A stretch of 64,000 bases of DNA, taken from the NCBI GenBank assembly GCA_964570585.1, contig CAZMYR010000001.1:17441-81440 (forward strand), given 5' to 3'. This document shows, one piece after another, positions 55,101 to 57,106 of this stretch. Source of the stretch: an uncultured Planctomycetia bacterium (GTDB lineage Bacteria; Omnitrophota; Gorgyraeia; JABMRG01; JAFGKX01). Positions within the stretch are counted from its first letter, which is position 1. Each line of letters opens with the position of its first letter. The notes under the pieces were generated by a model. The model ran no database searches. It was given only the letters and a program-made list of their open reading frames with translations, and was not told where the DNA came from. The position numbers and the translations under genes are program-made.

Positions 55101-57106
55101 TCTTCAAATCTTTCTAATGCGCGCGTTCTTTCAGCGCCTTCTAAAACAGATATATGGAATTTATCTTTATCATCTTTTGAAAGGGAAACCTTAAATACAT
55201 TCTCATAAAAACCAACCAAAATATAGGCATTTTCCTCATCTGGCTCTGCCCTGAAATTCATATGTTGGAGTATCCTGTTAAACTGTTCAGAAGTAACAGG
55301 CCCGGGCATTTCATCCTTTAATTGACTTTCCCCGAGCAGCCTTTTAAAATTACTAAACCAGGCTCCGTGTAATTCTTTTGCATCAACATTAGGATGGCGA
55401 AGATAAGCCTCTGCCGCGCTGCCTATTACCTCTGTAGCTAATCCGACTAAAATTTCCAAACTCTGAAGCATATTCGAATACAGGGTCGCAGCAGCAAGGT
55501 AATATTCGTTATTGGAGAGAATTTCCTCAAATGGCTCTTTTTTGTTTAAGATGATATCTTCATATGGCCTTTCTAATGCATTATGGGAAAATTTGGGGAG
55601 GACTACTATGTAGGAGACGCCTTTGTCTTTTAGGAGTTCTTTCACTCCCTGGGTGTGGAAACCACCGGTGATTAAGACTGCCAACTGGCAACTGTCTACG
55701 TCCATCTTGGCAAGGGTATTTTTGACTATTGCCTTGTCTCTTTTTGCTGCTACTTCATAAAATCTTTCTACTATCGGAAGGGTTTTTGCTATAATCCTCA
55801 TCTCAGGCACTAAGTTTGTGGTAATATTATGCTTTATCATCATCCTGGTAAGCTGGTGGGCTATTGCCTGAGGAATGAATTCATCCCGGTGAGCTTTATA
55901 ATAGGCGAGGTCTCTGTTTATTATCTTGGCATCCAAAAGGTCTACTAATATGTCTGCCCTTCTTGATATCCGGGCAAGTTGTCTCTGGTCATCGTTTTGG
56001 AATAATCTTTCTTCTATTTGCCATCCTAACTCATCCATCTCCTGAAAAAGTTTATCTTGTAGTACAGAGTCGTACATATTGATGTATTCTATGTAATTTT
56101 CAAGGTCCGGATATGCTGTAAAATCTATATCCGCCTTTTTGGCTAAATCGGATAAGTGGTTATGGAAGGTGGAGGACGGAATTTTGTTTAATCTGAAAGA
56201 GAGGCTTTCTGAAAGAAGTTTTTCTATATCCTTTTCGGAAAGTTTTTCTGAAAGAATATTTATAAGTTCTTTTCTTTGGGTTTCTGCTTCTTTAAAATTT
56301 ATTTCTTCTTCTAAGCCGGACGCCTTAAGAAGGGAAAATACGCTTTTATATTTTGATACATCTATTCCTAAAGAGCGGGCTAATCTACCAAGGTGCTGCC
56401 AGTATTCTTTAAATGAGAGCCTTTCGGTTTGATAGGCCCGCCTTTTCTGGTCTAATTCTATTAATCTTCCGGAGTAGATTCCCTTTTTTAGGTCTGAGAC
56501 GGTCTTTTTTAATGTTATGACTGCCTTGTGGATTTCACCTTTGTTATTAAGAGATTCAATATAGGCGCTGACGTTGTCTTTGTAGAGTTGAGGGTCTTCT
56601 GCGCCGTATAATTTTACGTTGGATTTCGATATCGCTTTATAGTATTCAGCGGCATTTATCTTTCCGCGGTTTAAGAAATACTGGGCAAGGTCTTTTCTTA
56701 TTTTATCATGGGGGTGAGAAGAAAGGGGTGAAACATCTACAAAGCCATAGGCGCCTTCGAGCAAAATCAATTTAAGGTTGTAATCTTTAACTAGAACGCC
56801 AAGGAGTTTGCTTATCGATTCCTGCGCGCCTAAATTAGAGTGGGCATCCTGGATATGAATTATAATGCGGTTATTGCCGGCATCAAAGACTTCTCGGACA
56901 ATTCCGTAATCTTCCGGAATGGAGATTTTGGAAAGCTTAACAAAATCCTTAGCCTGCGCATTTAATACCTGATTGCCTCTTACAAATGACCATAAATGTG
57001 TTCCGTTTCCTGCCCAGGCTATCTGCTGGACAAAAAAACAAAAGGCTACAAATAGACTAATAACTTTTATAATTAAGCTATATCTACCTGTAGCCTTTTC
57101 TATCAT
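25175..57106 (-). CDS. Giant membrane-anchored multidomain protein, 10,643 aa (a 31.9-kb gene). N-to-C order: TraB/GumN-like region, SF2-helicase-like ATPase, 10-12-helix TM bundle, ~900-aa coiled coil with internal tandem duplication, Pro-rich linker, long beta-rich regions, three further polytopic TM bundles, HExxH motif, HEAT repeats, DUF218 (SanA/YdcF/ElyC-like) module.
   Basis: ORF track entry: single uninterrupted ORF. ATG at 57104-57106 with an AAGGGGG / AGGG SD-like run upstream. The N-terminal hydrophobic segment LIIKVISLFVAFCFFVQQIAWA is a signal anchor. Domain calls come from motifs read in the translation (see sub-features). Confidence 0.85.
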   Translation of the reverse strand: MIEKATGRYSLIIKVISLFVAFCFFVQQIAWAGNGTHLWSFVRGNQVLNAQAKDFVKLSKISIPEDYGIVREVFDAGNNRIIIHIQDAHSNLGAQESISKLLGVLVKDYNLKLILLEGAYGFVDVSPLSSHPHDKIRKDLAQYFLNRGKINAAEYYKAISKSNVKLYGAEDPQLYKDNVSAYIESLNNKGEIHKAVITLKKTVSDLKKGIYSGRLIELDQKRRAYQTERLSFKEYWQHLGRLARSLGIDVSKYKSVFSLLKASGLEEEINFKEAETQRKELINILSEKLSEKDIEKLLSESLSFRLNKIPSSTFHNHLSDLAKKADIDFTAYPDLENYIEYINMYDSVLQDKLFQEMDELGWQIEERLFQNDDQRQLARISRRADILVDLLDAKIINRDLAYYKAHRDEFIPQAIAHQLTRMMIKHNITTNLVPEMRIIAKTLPIVERFYEVAAKRDKAIVKNTLAKMDVDSCQLAVLITGGFHTQGVKELLKDKGVSYIVVLPKFSHNALERPYEDIILNKKEPFEEILSNNEYYLAAATLYSNMLQSLEILVGLATEVIGSAAEAYLRHPNVDAKELHGAWFSNFKRLLGESQLKDEMPGPVTSEQFNRILQHMNFRAEPDEENAYILVGFYENVFKVSLSKDDKDKFHISVLEGAERTRALERFEERPIKPTEKSSVEFQVAAHLTKEFERLKGADAYQDVRSKIEKAKEELFKRRLEELTSAWEEGKDIYAVKLDKLKRLYANDEAGLDRIDKEDKKLRLTLAPGAKVKASSAGKTLKGILEDIGANKEFAAEDTERLVKSEEIRKSLKSNRVLFIEKLKNIVALNKELGKQGIKFPIRPWMFKHNADTLSRRIRVLAGRVPITLGNFRGLHRIDKEKYYGSESNIDLSKVDPDVAKSINTPLFDALFPGERLDELTGRLEEAERKLAEVQEELEKTRREKARQKEELARAQDTIKKLRAQLQETSQKARVESDRKPAVPEGEKVAKVGPVLERMTIEEFQDRFSVILKSLKSQGVDFDKDLLLELIEQAIVASGLTEDAVTHEIEWDREKWKIQAAVAKVMRNGAAVEMPTSAGKTFVFNGTSLLKSLPYVWEREKTGKRPGKRDVAIIHTEENLIERDGRKAGRVNAYFGAKTGYVISEAGTGDRKAYFVDAQGNRQDTTERKLFEEADVIYINIYNFIHRYEDDVFMSRKEEDLALVREGQTYFIYFDEGDNPLKKHVFTPCVISGTGILQGLADLAEQRLRMQQIADELIWKHRLIFERNGKFYVNRELCKRGDSLVTFKRTGEVWLGQILDTIDEYKANKGKLFGIGDTHLWQEYMELALGAYLYQNRKEQYDVSGGKLNIIDKDASGRKLEGRQWSFGLDTAVRIKENRLNNANLKIEKERMSSASMTTPEVLNPEMGLVSGISLASATVGKDTADDYKLPFVSSKELIRMARVEKGEAEAGKGEEPKPQRTDYGFMCPDKGTSGQKTTGLVERLHINHKLPAEMITEGVPEEVGSILLNCESDRTVSNHVDSLLHRSRIGQGNYRRVRQNGKVTDQYMEGYLRRLAEEVERSQTVEEAVKKVSEILGELSNQGHIEVADVDSMTSELSDILARLEDKSANRQTIIEDIIRKVLDNIVKSDSIKDLMDKNPEEIKAILEEMARDGSINTVIVEFTSGNYYQLKDMVEELSKYKNVIIVSTNLSGRGVDFKGDKMVAISTYCPLTVEDIQFRGRVARNGKIGFWIGVWSLKDDIFIKYRNIIQEELGYFERKTKGAQVYDLKFNLDSEKSKEAKENLKVIEQMREAINDHEQNMRRQEIEFGKFTGKEFNMPQIKFRLQIVRHGIAPLIEKEILDAIAQRIVKAATNFIGGSQKATLSREDILRFMETEFGKDILPLLKAELQLEKDATPPKACELIYDIITDHLKSKALEIIHEGWMKFTDEAGRSKHRLQQASSRPGYERTFLNPQQIYGEIKRLTALSYKTMERQREEKMGKEVTALAHHLAGVIPPEQQQIEAAKELAKKRKISLGDRFKRSSLKILPAAFAIAANIGLAFFLGWVFKALTVGGVGTALGLPVIGNLLSVLLAAGPVGLVVIGVVAIMITWALNSQIKRLSQTDTAAAKMANAIALGEQTTWKDALEAAGLSTWRKTLTIMATFSPFVGAMALLSLVGTAPFTAPTVGAIFFLASAVLGIIGLISSLALLGTARKDLSQAPRLPMSTPKRFFRAFIGGFLTTLGVSALLVAAVEASALMLFVPGLSAVALGGILAYRIFAYSNDSIAKNRWMIIAGFGAGILIGFLGLGLTALFGAFVINSVTAAIAAGSISGGGILAIIGYPIMGLFAIQGVLLMMSQWRFSQRIAENEAIIKGETEAKRISRLAYVGRAAALNARAVMIAAGAILGIVLLFVGGWAVPLAISGTVLFIIKGITALSLLGIATWLGFRTEAIITKRMEKRLDYSHLAKSQAWTFNGSIRNLSASGLGDVSESIRNAVKNFKDNVTGTQNPLQLSFNVLAEAAGKHRLMQEFLEQMQAHSPPKDGGFFSQPEIDLMIFKIPSEILPDEQKPAFRKAITDALVELNIAKVGFSRLSHLARDPEKVTKALNAILMPAMGVSMLASAPAAVVAQSQHEGVAYTKAEINVAEAPKQLLDYCTLLASRAIDNIIHAPQVSEQTPAEIVIDWEGQFKQLRQRIKEGQQQRKRLALYRKFAPDAEEKFKSQIEDAHKELSEAVTDPDKVTAQIRLTELIRAQQEYILEQIRNSATDEQKEELDIIKQRLEDIETLLSLRQQIEQLDTFLNQQKRTLKGLKEQRASEEKEEAQKELDKEIETLTLQISAVEQELNDLIESYNKEAEEKNISARLTVALREIRQKLLISEIGIGPHIVRVEDIADIEREIEQLNNALQRLRLKKEHSTRLAAYARLAPDAEERFKPGIEKAQQELGQAETPLEKTTAQAKLAELMLAQQKYILEQIQKKATDEQIKEAEQIKTQLANIAGLLSLQPRIDQNLLKKVQEIDPDFPAEDLTKERLLQEQEKLLAPEVGIPAHIVHLEGEIKRLEQRLQLLEQLVQILQREYEEPEAGTVVPPPPPERAAQAERAAKVEKPAEEKRPAQPAQPQAQPAIAPENIPQLEALLGELGQLLQKENELSAQARSIEEARSELAESIRELGLIDLAARLNEHSLRYRIKDIIDSSSDTTRKILPLRDQQAALQKKIQAITEKLSQQAQALPQFQAFKEQLTKLEKALADTTNSLTQLEQEIDPAINKELEYITQLEAVLEQLEELNKRQDELTTQQRKLAAARAQLTEKARRLGITDPNVLVSLQILRAAIKAVIKTIPPAAVQPVTQPVVAARQEDILRRHKDVPTMPMNDEAKQAWEEFKKRAKKLVEKNEELSEEAQNDLKKQLELIADDIQRRMKAKEYYKIQKEKAESDAEGGLEQFLRFIVDYDEYKRTHKWYAAEMFEHMDKRFKLKFHIGTPTSLGAGLVRLGDGNFIGVETPNNFNLQQVLDVVGAGLAGTDISPEAYPALALAVLYELTTAPAIKEVEEKGGGLLPDAFCVHVWVNNPQNLLYESKKIKGEDGEKRTSINIIEGNWTKAKLAGPQNFTDLPHMLVTWLRLALGDELGTYQFAPEQLMVWLLAAADTEVDTDTAYWSIERPDVELGEELTTEELRRLGFEGLEDIKSLREIKAALTKNRKFLGIFGQDAIIAEANSFVEGKGFYVYHPKNPEKAYFFKVSDQKIYHTDARLTQIQEACRYVYLRDGRGNRIKENGRYKLQKQVLYQLRMYDERVRKFLESDRPEENRWLKEGHMFLIPTGRDMQRMSQIITYMQEARGAVLIDPQTGKPFFSEDIPSIIPANMPLARKNTFTRANDGESFLMTQSFVSRRGELVMPSLRDMDLRYQLFTGKRILCGVRLDETTEIVDEEGLLPANLIFRRIPIKRFERAKDAEGNLIRQKLTRPERDFYKRLLKQLEDRLKRVNEQLRFAAGTTEQAKLKESAEALKKNIELFEDILKNGKPKIKEVTRYEYRIETKDKAYLESLGFTEVDKKEAAHLYFMPNVEEVNLKTEYGQPVRIEVDVDGRITSVTIDGKDIDQDSLEINLGAVIENEQNFVAGFEADVVKNIKAIIYTPDAIYLQDIEGRLRDISGNIITEYKSLEGKPLALHIIKENRVIDLFGKKINYPGIGEVTLGEDTLVSFEYPNQVTYIDSEGNPQVIPAVIEYTDTHHQMEEKRQEAEASRTIGDRLPYLGERTFGYQLNPYTRIPTVREPKVEETALGLFETEYGKKIRAYILENIKRFGGKKGLVKRLLDITEKSPQAIEEELKKEAESASLSLEEYKQILYLYLKRNEEHLISRQNIRKERLQSVIRMLEQTGALTAKLQYERYFQALQLQYNQWQKEVIDDINGLIQEYQDEQDELRQRIEQTEETIADNPGMDPAMKQALENYILSCEDGIEGIEANIGGMQSDIDRYGVAVDFENNPNGANNRWTELQRYARNVNWGYYGQMDFEDYLAQMPEEAREEFLEILARDAGYFKYREETIIDAYDWYLGLDASEARLSMAAEAVLDKSFKFLLEERHMRMLRTKVLGQITPEVEEDLEKTLAASSKQIRAYLEDAVEKIAAKEEWSAEYTQRALSHVRDFSVKIALNRDAFSDLIFTYEELHNIGFGEVTGFDWINWERLLALPIGYELNTRTSAIEDIYRINRNARVHGLLVNHKLADGKFIKLVALPLEIEWEGKDKKSAGTLMAGPFAGEYIEYLDLDMVSNRRKFTETTSTVYGLFAHPSIDINDRVMLSGVGLLAVNEGNGLNQVEGTTTAMGGKIDYTVSGNFSLFAKTGWVDGKATGITNIHDFDGNPIGIKPSAKASIFNTGAGFNYTDPRTGIKMTLGLERFGEDSGVDSGIETPYIDIADNLQARFEGRAFLGSETLYSSGLEFAYGEIPTTKDMLDEAKAWIKRTSLPTEEVRGMPWPGLTGEVRIDEAMEEFGVSPARSPMTSGTQHFIRQMAQNPTGFPTRPGLSFTLTRNNVYVAESDEGLAPQIYETYLDIFNRKARSIKPVSEQEATAFFNDRIGVDNAERKIPGQREDITSSVRLGLSMLRHIKRYPEADISEQIGSYLYQLAEDILRRQGKDGAIYADKRHTEINPLDNLTVRKFLNEYSKHLRIKPGKPKRYTKAAERITRWVNRNRALIWNRQYNRVYSRITAGQTKGLFGLFKSIKYKQKEPGNLREALAWLLFLEEGEVERVTGSDLRSILHSIGKDNHKTVTARIEEGTGQYREVTISGIGEKEGEVDVEATLLRAYVYKQKISPSLIGVVNHNLQDSAITTAGGSFPRYIREGSVIDRGRADPGITAFYRLVYRQGIPDDKLAGEEAQRQREIDEKYKKFIQEARKRQQYIEEATEGRGLKRYLFVPSFTAAKLYDFTEYNFVNHTGQIKIEGLFKGDTDKYIEEIERYRRMSETDINIDKIEAQALLIGNTDKRTLAERYHIIKTVQDDGSVVYLLEAEEKGKPRKIILTAADKLLVDKKTGRLLKVVHLPEIMRATLAALIEYRNLLGGKNGLAVSWDTFKVEELTGQDFNRILVLGYMTPEQRELCYVNIDETTADDGRILHYIALPGGERHYLEGLVYTPEMMEEEAVFVEDEKGNLVEKTLFELSDIKKDSEGYYVIIDEERYKETGGKEGREDLDADIPVPMQYAPSLDIRYMRLIPQDGRLPKVVMCLSKARINEELTRIQDNYAIIRVSDGEDEYIKTKEGLSKYALRKKLIVDKYTKKAHLVTFARVEINGEWNWYPVDFVKESLDGKDANKGYLQLGFNWADVVKEKISEDKSKNEVVYEVYNKVTKKSSISTFRNGWLVRKEEEGIWLPDEGFVDIATTYHEEKGYPLKTIRVDDGSLFYDFSEITYFEDIGHVTGFTKRKAYKIRAYTRTEYDRSGHRVAEIRFTLDEQSRIIEEENIVNGEFTIITYKDSGEEDLRITFENKDKYKERKRDEYIEIAKAFKETQTIENIQKALKLGIVSIPVSLGNFFIGYQYAPAQKDVKYKTFNSLEELDASGYVRFTEVKAAKNFRLDDGWQDIEFFDIRHDGVRIAKAINGEISFAVLNKARKVIGENTYKYNEATEQIGELKRYSNNSRRVYIGINPGVGAVSDGELNPQNTTVAVLASKPATGYDKVITATASDVHEMKNGEEREELQWVHIEYAKGNSEIEQANDRSAYARDKRFVVDIRHLGLETKDGKAIEQLNFICKDNNLANIEERPKEYSSKHKVKEELREFAVVAIIKGDTFGDKITRAFYGKSLYEAQKKFIEFENKPENKGIEIEETIKGRVSEVHSTTDAFTYVGIFEPQKGGMRRIKIENYTLNGQKPINIDATTQVYGTLSVELLDSKGNPKGALLYYIDENEMAFEGRKADEVAENPRNVEMKPEGEEKDNLKLTLKEVAGEIDKYAPIATDVKKRQPDGTLKPVAVNIDKLGRTVGYYDVQKRIFSYSRYDELNQEEGEHAFKLNEGEKLFETALDIARLESWSADPESGHYKGQSYVYIVDTTKLDISDDKLKEVGIGRGRYILTAADLTELGINRYAPAVERIVRIAQMHNNKSNVPIPPLALYCARIPGRDKTYARIWDDTVEIVIKHKSQNPQPGDVVSKTYERIDNPNGTIGFDKFFGKSVRVNFEDLPQAAKDRMNKHGHGAGVINDYYIAFYRLEQDDRKVYYEDMNKLPDGRWLSMIVDSEGLLYYLIRRFSFGNAIYTVINYDRRGFEDNSITYDVVLDENNNIIKETKKREDDVVKRDIMRNPYLPDMLAGRYIVKKSTKYAPNGDILYTGEVWVDARTGEERLVIDRRIGSKGEPAQKIVYSLPEVTDTPFAYHTLVPGNHLDLRLANGRDDASGFEFLYFYLDADKDTVEFEVEVTDGRTTKKVPLWIPVGMNKIHFKNGKEADRYSVVVAPIDSIQHGNIRVLSIQALKDAGIDITSIEAVRLYYKGAEPIRLGFTTVQLLGDGAISGRGKELKRIYKNHIISGVDVDSDHILATFTSRQGTTTFRIMDRDGSHLLGVRSPRLEANQPRWYTTVYDVNSNQDEPIPRYILDANGNFISLCKMAKLPDGRVAIYEIPDPDGIAGNVLTVVNPAIMNQLEGVVALAYGDNYDIVYPVKGDDWLGRHFSALHVNVVPTVARKLGLLKDPNVDEEVKKRAPKITTIEEYENRYKQIKLLPTLFENLTLPYSEEVAPLAIGGVELDAAVEMLINSQNEKTGLIPTSPYSDYVDTVYELKYIVPFLLRSKKDEALAAVKKILEFYSNQRTIDGKQKALTRFYHLYTGNPEELILKSAEDEVVVFESKATALAQIAAADAAFKLAEKAEREEDKLAAIATARRFLETALSFRRKAGDDGFAQYMEYAGKEKVYYPVGTNSEAYLLLKYVDELDKDTLPEEIKKRLEEININIADVLKKQKEWLINHVLPVLEEQGCVPKSIREVKDWRSGKIRLLAEFLSSPDDWLSFLEAANVMGVNGGKLKASLDNLVRAHGVTVDGKWGLDWKNKITLRREGDAISPELTARFLRMAVKLNHGNATNWAIAELNKYPSVGASLMPELIVKDFDKISQNNVDSGQGFIIIPGSPSISTAEILLDAEGRVIESTMPAVPVAQRDTERFIADYSIETWINASSLLVAALIILGVSRHLIVKSRVAKTKPAKRKRHPKTGSPPVIPDGDKEPTEDQKMPISTRILKWCSGAGAVTATAFGIMAFLFDLPVIFAILSGLASIYTIRRIITLIFIRRAFVNSNINIRGPDGQEREIVHYNADPNARQIEYLCLDEEYRPEGRLEGRKRVFDNLPNIPLLTSIAESVILSHEKIHAAGYGEIVACTMTWTLSFSIIKNALTSLLSGIKRWFLKLSRRKKITVITSVVVGVVAVAFLGLSPAAAILIKWLAAHWNVVLLFVLPTYKLVVLIYSRIWQTTAQRYYRRAKDETPSEILGTEKEREQIINAAHKRFADKVLETVTPFMSNKERQLFIKRKFTASDARAEVTFLYSLMAIYNLIFAKEVSDIKDNNPGMELRHAILKAKTTRGLDSLDNYVKDLGSYFGREIVKGNYVFDVDEKEDRVEIHVHVRPDAERGDYVNGKLRLEKVLEQFGALPGRPNRYLNAFNNLTQAQKDALQSYTMSKEEFDGLPATIRYMLRRARVPGKYNNALISHLETYLFQIRGRIRDAIVQGAEQEDDGEYRGILEESGITEGTFRREEYEKFSKTKGPRGVNPILFRISDFLPDFVLLMLNILHFGTQAGITGSAAGLWYGITTALASLSLSWLLIPVIIFISAALIINIITECYSLAHFNGKGIARKFLAVVPVAGIVFLSMLSLPGMGIGAVLLLMLVKSILALEAFSLLAFSRSLLGLMVYDVSRPSAYVGRPRAVLLVLMQHIIFLTVGTFMGSASLNWFGLHFGEHLLRTWWSAFAFFRAAYLMKTGTYHFMTFIFSWLKPTKGPGKDSLPLTGKPLAEAEKQKRSEEKTLIIYVGDPLDSPSRGKPADITKEVMRAWSALPKKYKDGSIEKIMENMGYDYKGWRALDLDGLPLFKVLLKDKKITEKDLYDWVDFMHKAEHDSEVMFVTPDQFEEDMPRDLRIGIKRSDDKDAPLDYNLTNEEKAKILLGAEIARHVTELMAVSKCRDVAANLYTKSVALGKEGIPDKFNFLIVQNQIKEYEQEGQVASRWAEGKAPGFVKWQKKLARLIELGSNIGYQKYLDERGIQAADRETRRCRAETFRHSTPFSCKAGAMNAMFTKPELMVGATSMVIVDRNATKLNTPKFAEDVMRMRENPNISIMPAYRNTTFLGTPTAISSFLIEFGHGQAMHGIVDKVGTGWENISSVSYRKLLAKELGLNYPLAPITRGMEQFSNSYLDRFFGMIGYSPNAPHQSEDLVAVLLEVYNKISLGEVPESAISEAIAFKMRESFGLDEWSGKAPTRWSGGLYQAEGEPLVQFANHMGPESYFEKRIRRGYGSYFMDSPMSLLNIIALPFEILFNATPFIGVHIIYWMIGTFYNQILRLNGMLARIRARGFLVGFGEWIETLFFDMILFAPRLGIEAFGQIRAYLGLTYEFVASKAETKIDSLSVNKGIFVIERIKSIRDYFTRDILKNLKSDTQGFLGGLKAVMVLGAIMFIFNLWAISILGISNVVLLGIHLIFTSGMLLGPYVMFNPIGDRPGNIAYFMAKVFGAALGIGVMVGLGLGITIAGWWALAPTLAGLVFIGYLFRQYQRAVEEMVKTHPERARIISTIFRSFAISAFLSVWIVAAAAVPLPIALDVPFWVLNANRLILVFAGLITLPLTFVIISHLADNVLFKKYSRKISDLEKRYYDMRRGQGHPEMRYEIAVGGDLVQELRILWHQRAYKLIKQETKDLKELLPQIAPESKKLRANKIKILIKKIKNIIKYFARNNSIFLLLSSLSMLLTGCFRNKDKMSKDEISLLILLIIFITPFVLGILKEFYEWWGEVSPYWDARCKIWHMRLKRYRAIIIALGAIGDDRAKQVLFNKATTDSPNRVKAAIILGGLGDKRAAGSLFKLLHESNVSARTKAKAIRVLKKLGCNVDTDFKQLSQPYPATTTVTDVVPSVTATATYSDGRVTLTATEGEFKPGEKKKLEQHLTRAFSEQGIKDDVTFTVVVSSDQEQVGQHKPSIIEINRYLLQEPWLEQLKTGTKEETKEEFAKRQARHTKTYDAFLHGVVWHEVWHLNHPDALEYEALEATVEYFKANPELLKAAEVVLYPQVKNALFGDEWRAILRQARREPDTDVDAQLQELASSSLKLYYPVKTSKSSPSGEKKIYPESRSALDKKYDTLHNETRKKIEQDRGITRDDLTRNRDYYTETGQPLTGQAVGAVIEWPKQPQSQELIANLVSLQEQIARDIPGDIVLWSKPQRTTPAENGAVGFHTSVFSSKKDYKGDAPEDILLKTDSVKRILEKAEPFDVTFEGAILSSVGIVMAIGYVDNPQLTQIRDNMSGIFPKKIFPGSFRQDAVHVVLGRVNRPVSADELKQLFDAVNKNRNKYIGKATANNILYAVWEGPITQTYCSRELANVSLTQTEGKTKASSAGTVLKKEIIDALVKIFDYLAQRDTEQPSADLLWLFGNSRLEYIMRAEELYRAGNVKNIFISGGVGHETKFLITNLKKAGYKLPIFDEIPDIEKKSNQELKTAGVSEARLIKETLIMKGVDESHIIIETASTQTEENVRNGLDVLSAEVNSSDSEDRRAEKQKVRDNHCSLNELDTVILMQHPMLQRRTVATYDKIVNGPENSSYLRIRRIGYAPPIDTSTLIDEFPYFAELAVEEVPKLTEYGPAGKGFMVAVEIPADIQKAKEELARFIGKTTPPPESTSTIGAAGKPSVTKTEAPKASSAGEIKVQVEELNKNKTASFAGVENIAAIENIIYSNQDIPQEDIEAAKQALLAVLQDEKADIFVREMATYALRLFADRYVIKSLMEVAASKEVAKAPPAKEPMPEQIRGLNLTQIADYSLEYQIAKALLDYAPEGEIAVKLNNQAIVIYSDALKESRALQQLVLSAGRDGRKFCLVNKERNMHTLLASLEVKGITRDHFDYVFTAQMNVENIAYKLQSKDGITQVRVFASAKEDLDVWTRQKVVEALIMLLKDKRFEIISDLSDLHEDYIREHEQVLSQA
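26500..26900 (-). other. DUF218 (SanA/YdcF/ElyC-like) module near the C-terminus
   Basis: LLWLFGNSRLEYIMRAEELYRAGNVKNIFISGGVGHET, verified at 26630-26760. It matches the R-x-A-x-LY...-ISGG core of DUF218. Confidence 0.45.
27990..28025 (-). other. HExxH zinc-metalloprotease-like motif (VVWHEVWHLNH)
   Basis: Seen in translation at 27931-28030. A single short motif is weak evidence. Confidence 0.25.
28430..28660 (-). other. PBS-lyase/HEAT-like repeats
   Basis: RAIIIALGAIGDDRAKQVL ... AAIILGGLGDKRAAGSL ... AKAIRVLKKLG. This is the repeated xALxxxGDxRA pattern. Confidence 0.45.
28740..34010 (-). other. Three further polytopic TM bundles (about 33300-34010, 31750-32600, 28740-30250) separated by soluble regions
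   Basis: Examples are ISTRILKWCSGAGAVTATAFGIMAFLFDLPVIFAILSGL, KITVITSVVVGVVAVAFLGLSPAAAILIKWL, PDFVLLMLNILHFGTQAGITGSAAGLWYGITTALASLSLSWLLIPVIIFISAALII and KAVMVLGAIMFIFNLWAISILGISNVVLLGIHLIFTSGMLLG. Coordinates are approximate. Confidence 0.5.
46600..49300 (-). other. Extended coiled-coil region followed by a Pro-rich linker (PPPPPERAAQAERAAKVEKPAEEKRPAQPAQPQAQP, about 47790-47900)
   Basis: Heptad-like Q/E/K/L-rich sequence over ~900 aa. Coordinates are approximate. Confidence 0.5.
48200..49190 (-). repeat. Intragenic tandem duplication (two ~636-bp / 212-aa units) inside the coiled coil
   Basis: Protein units LALYRKFAPDAEEKFKSQIEDAHKEL...ILEQIRNSATDEQKEEL and LAAYARLAPDAEERFKPGIEKAQQEL...ILEQIQKKATDEQIKEA. 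They are mirrored by the paired antisense ORFs 48240..48500 (MYFCCASISSANLACAVVFSRGVSA...) and 48882..49193 (MYSCCARISSVSLICAVTLSGSVTA...). Confidence 0.7.
49790..51020 (-). other. Polytopic transmembrane bundle 1 (about 10-12 helices)
   Basis: Runs of Ala/Gly/Leu/Ile/Val-rich ~20-aa segments, e.g. AAFAIAANIGLAFFLGWVF, GLVVIGVVAIMITWAL, IIAGFGAGILIGFLGLGLTALFGAFVI. The Ala/Pro-rich plus-strand ORFs 50166..50813 and 50838..51134 are their antisense shadows. Confidence 0.6.
51830..53930 (-). other. SF2 helicase-like ATPase module (Walker A, DEGD, motifs V/VI) with a long insertion
   Basis: EMPTSAGKTFV verified at 53858-53890 (P-loop). Further motifs are FIYFDEGDNPL (motif II-like), IIVSTNLSGRGVDF (motif V-like) and QFRGRVARNGK (motif VI arginine finger). 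Confidence 0.55.
55600..56900 (-). other. TraB/GumN/PrgY-like region at the N-terminus of the giant protein (tentative)
   Basis: RIIIHIQDAHSNLGAQESIS and AVLITGGFHTQGVKELL resemble the two GTAH / GAAH motifs of the TraB family. The similarity is weak. Confidence 0.25.
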
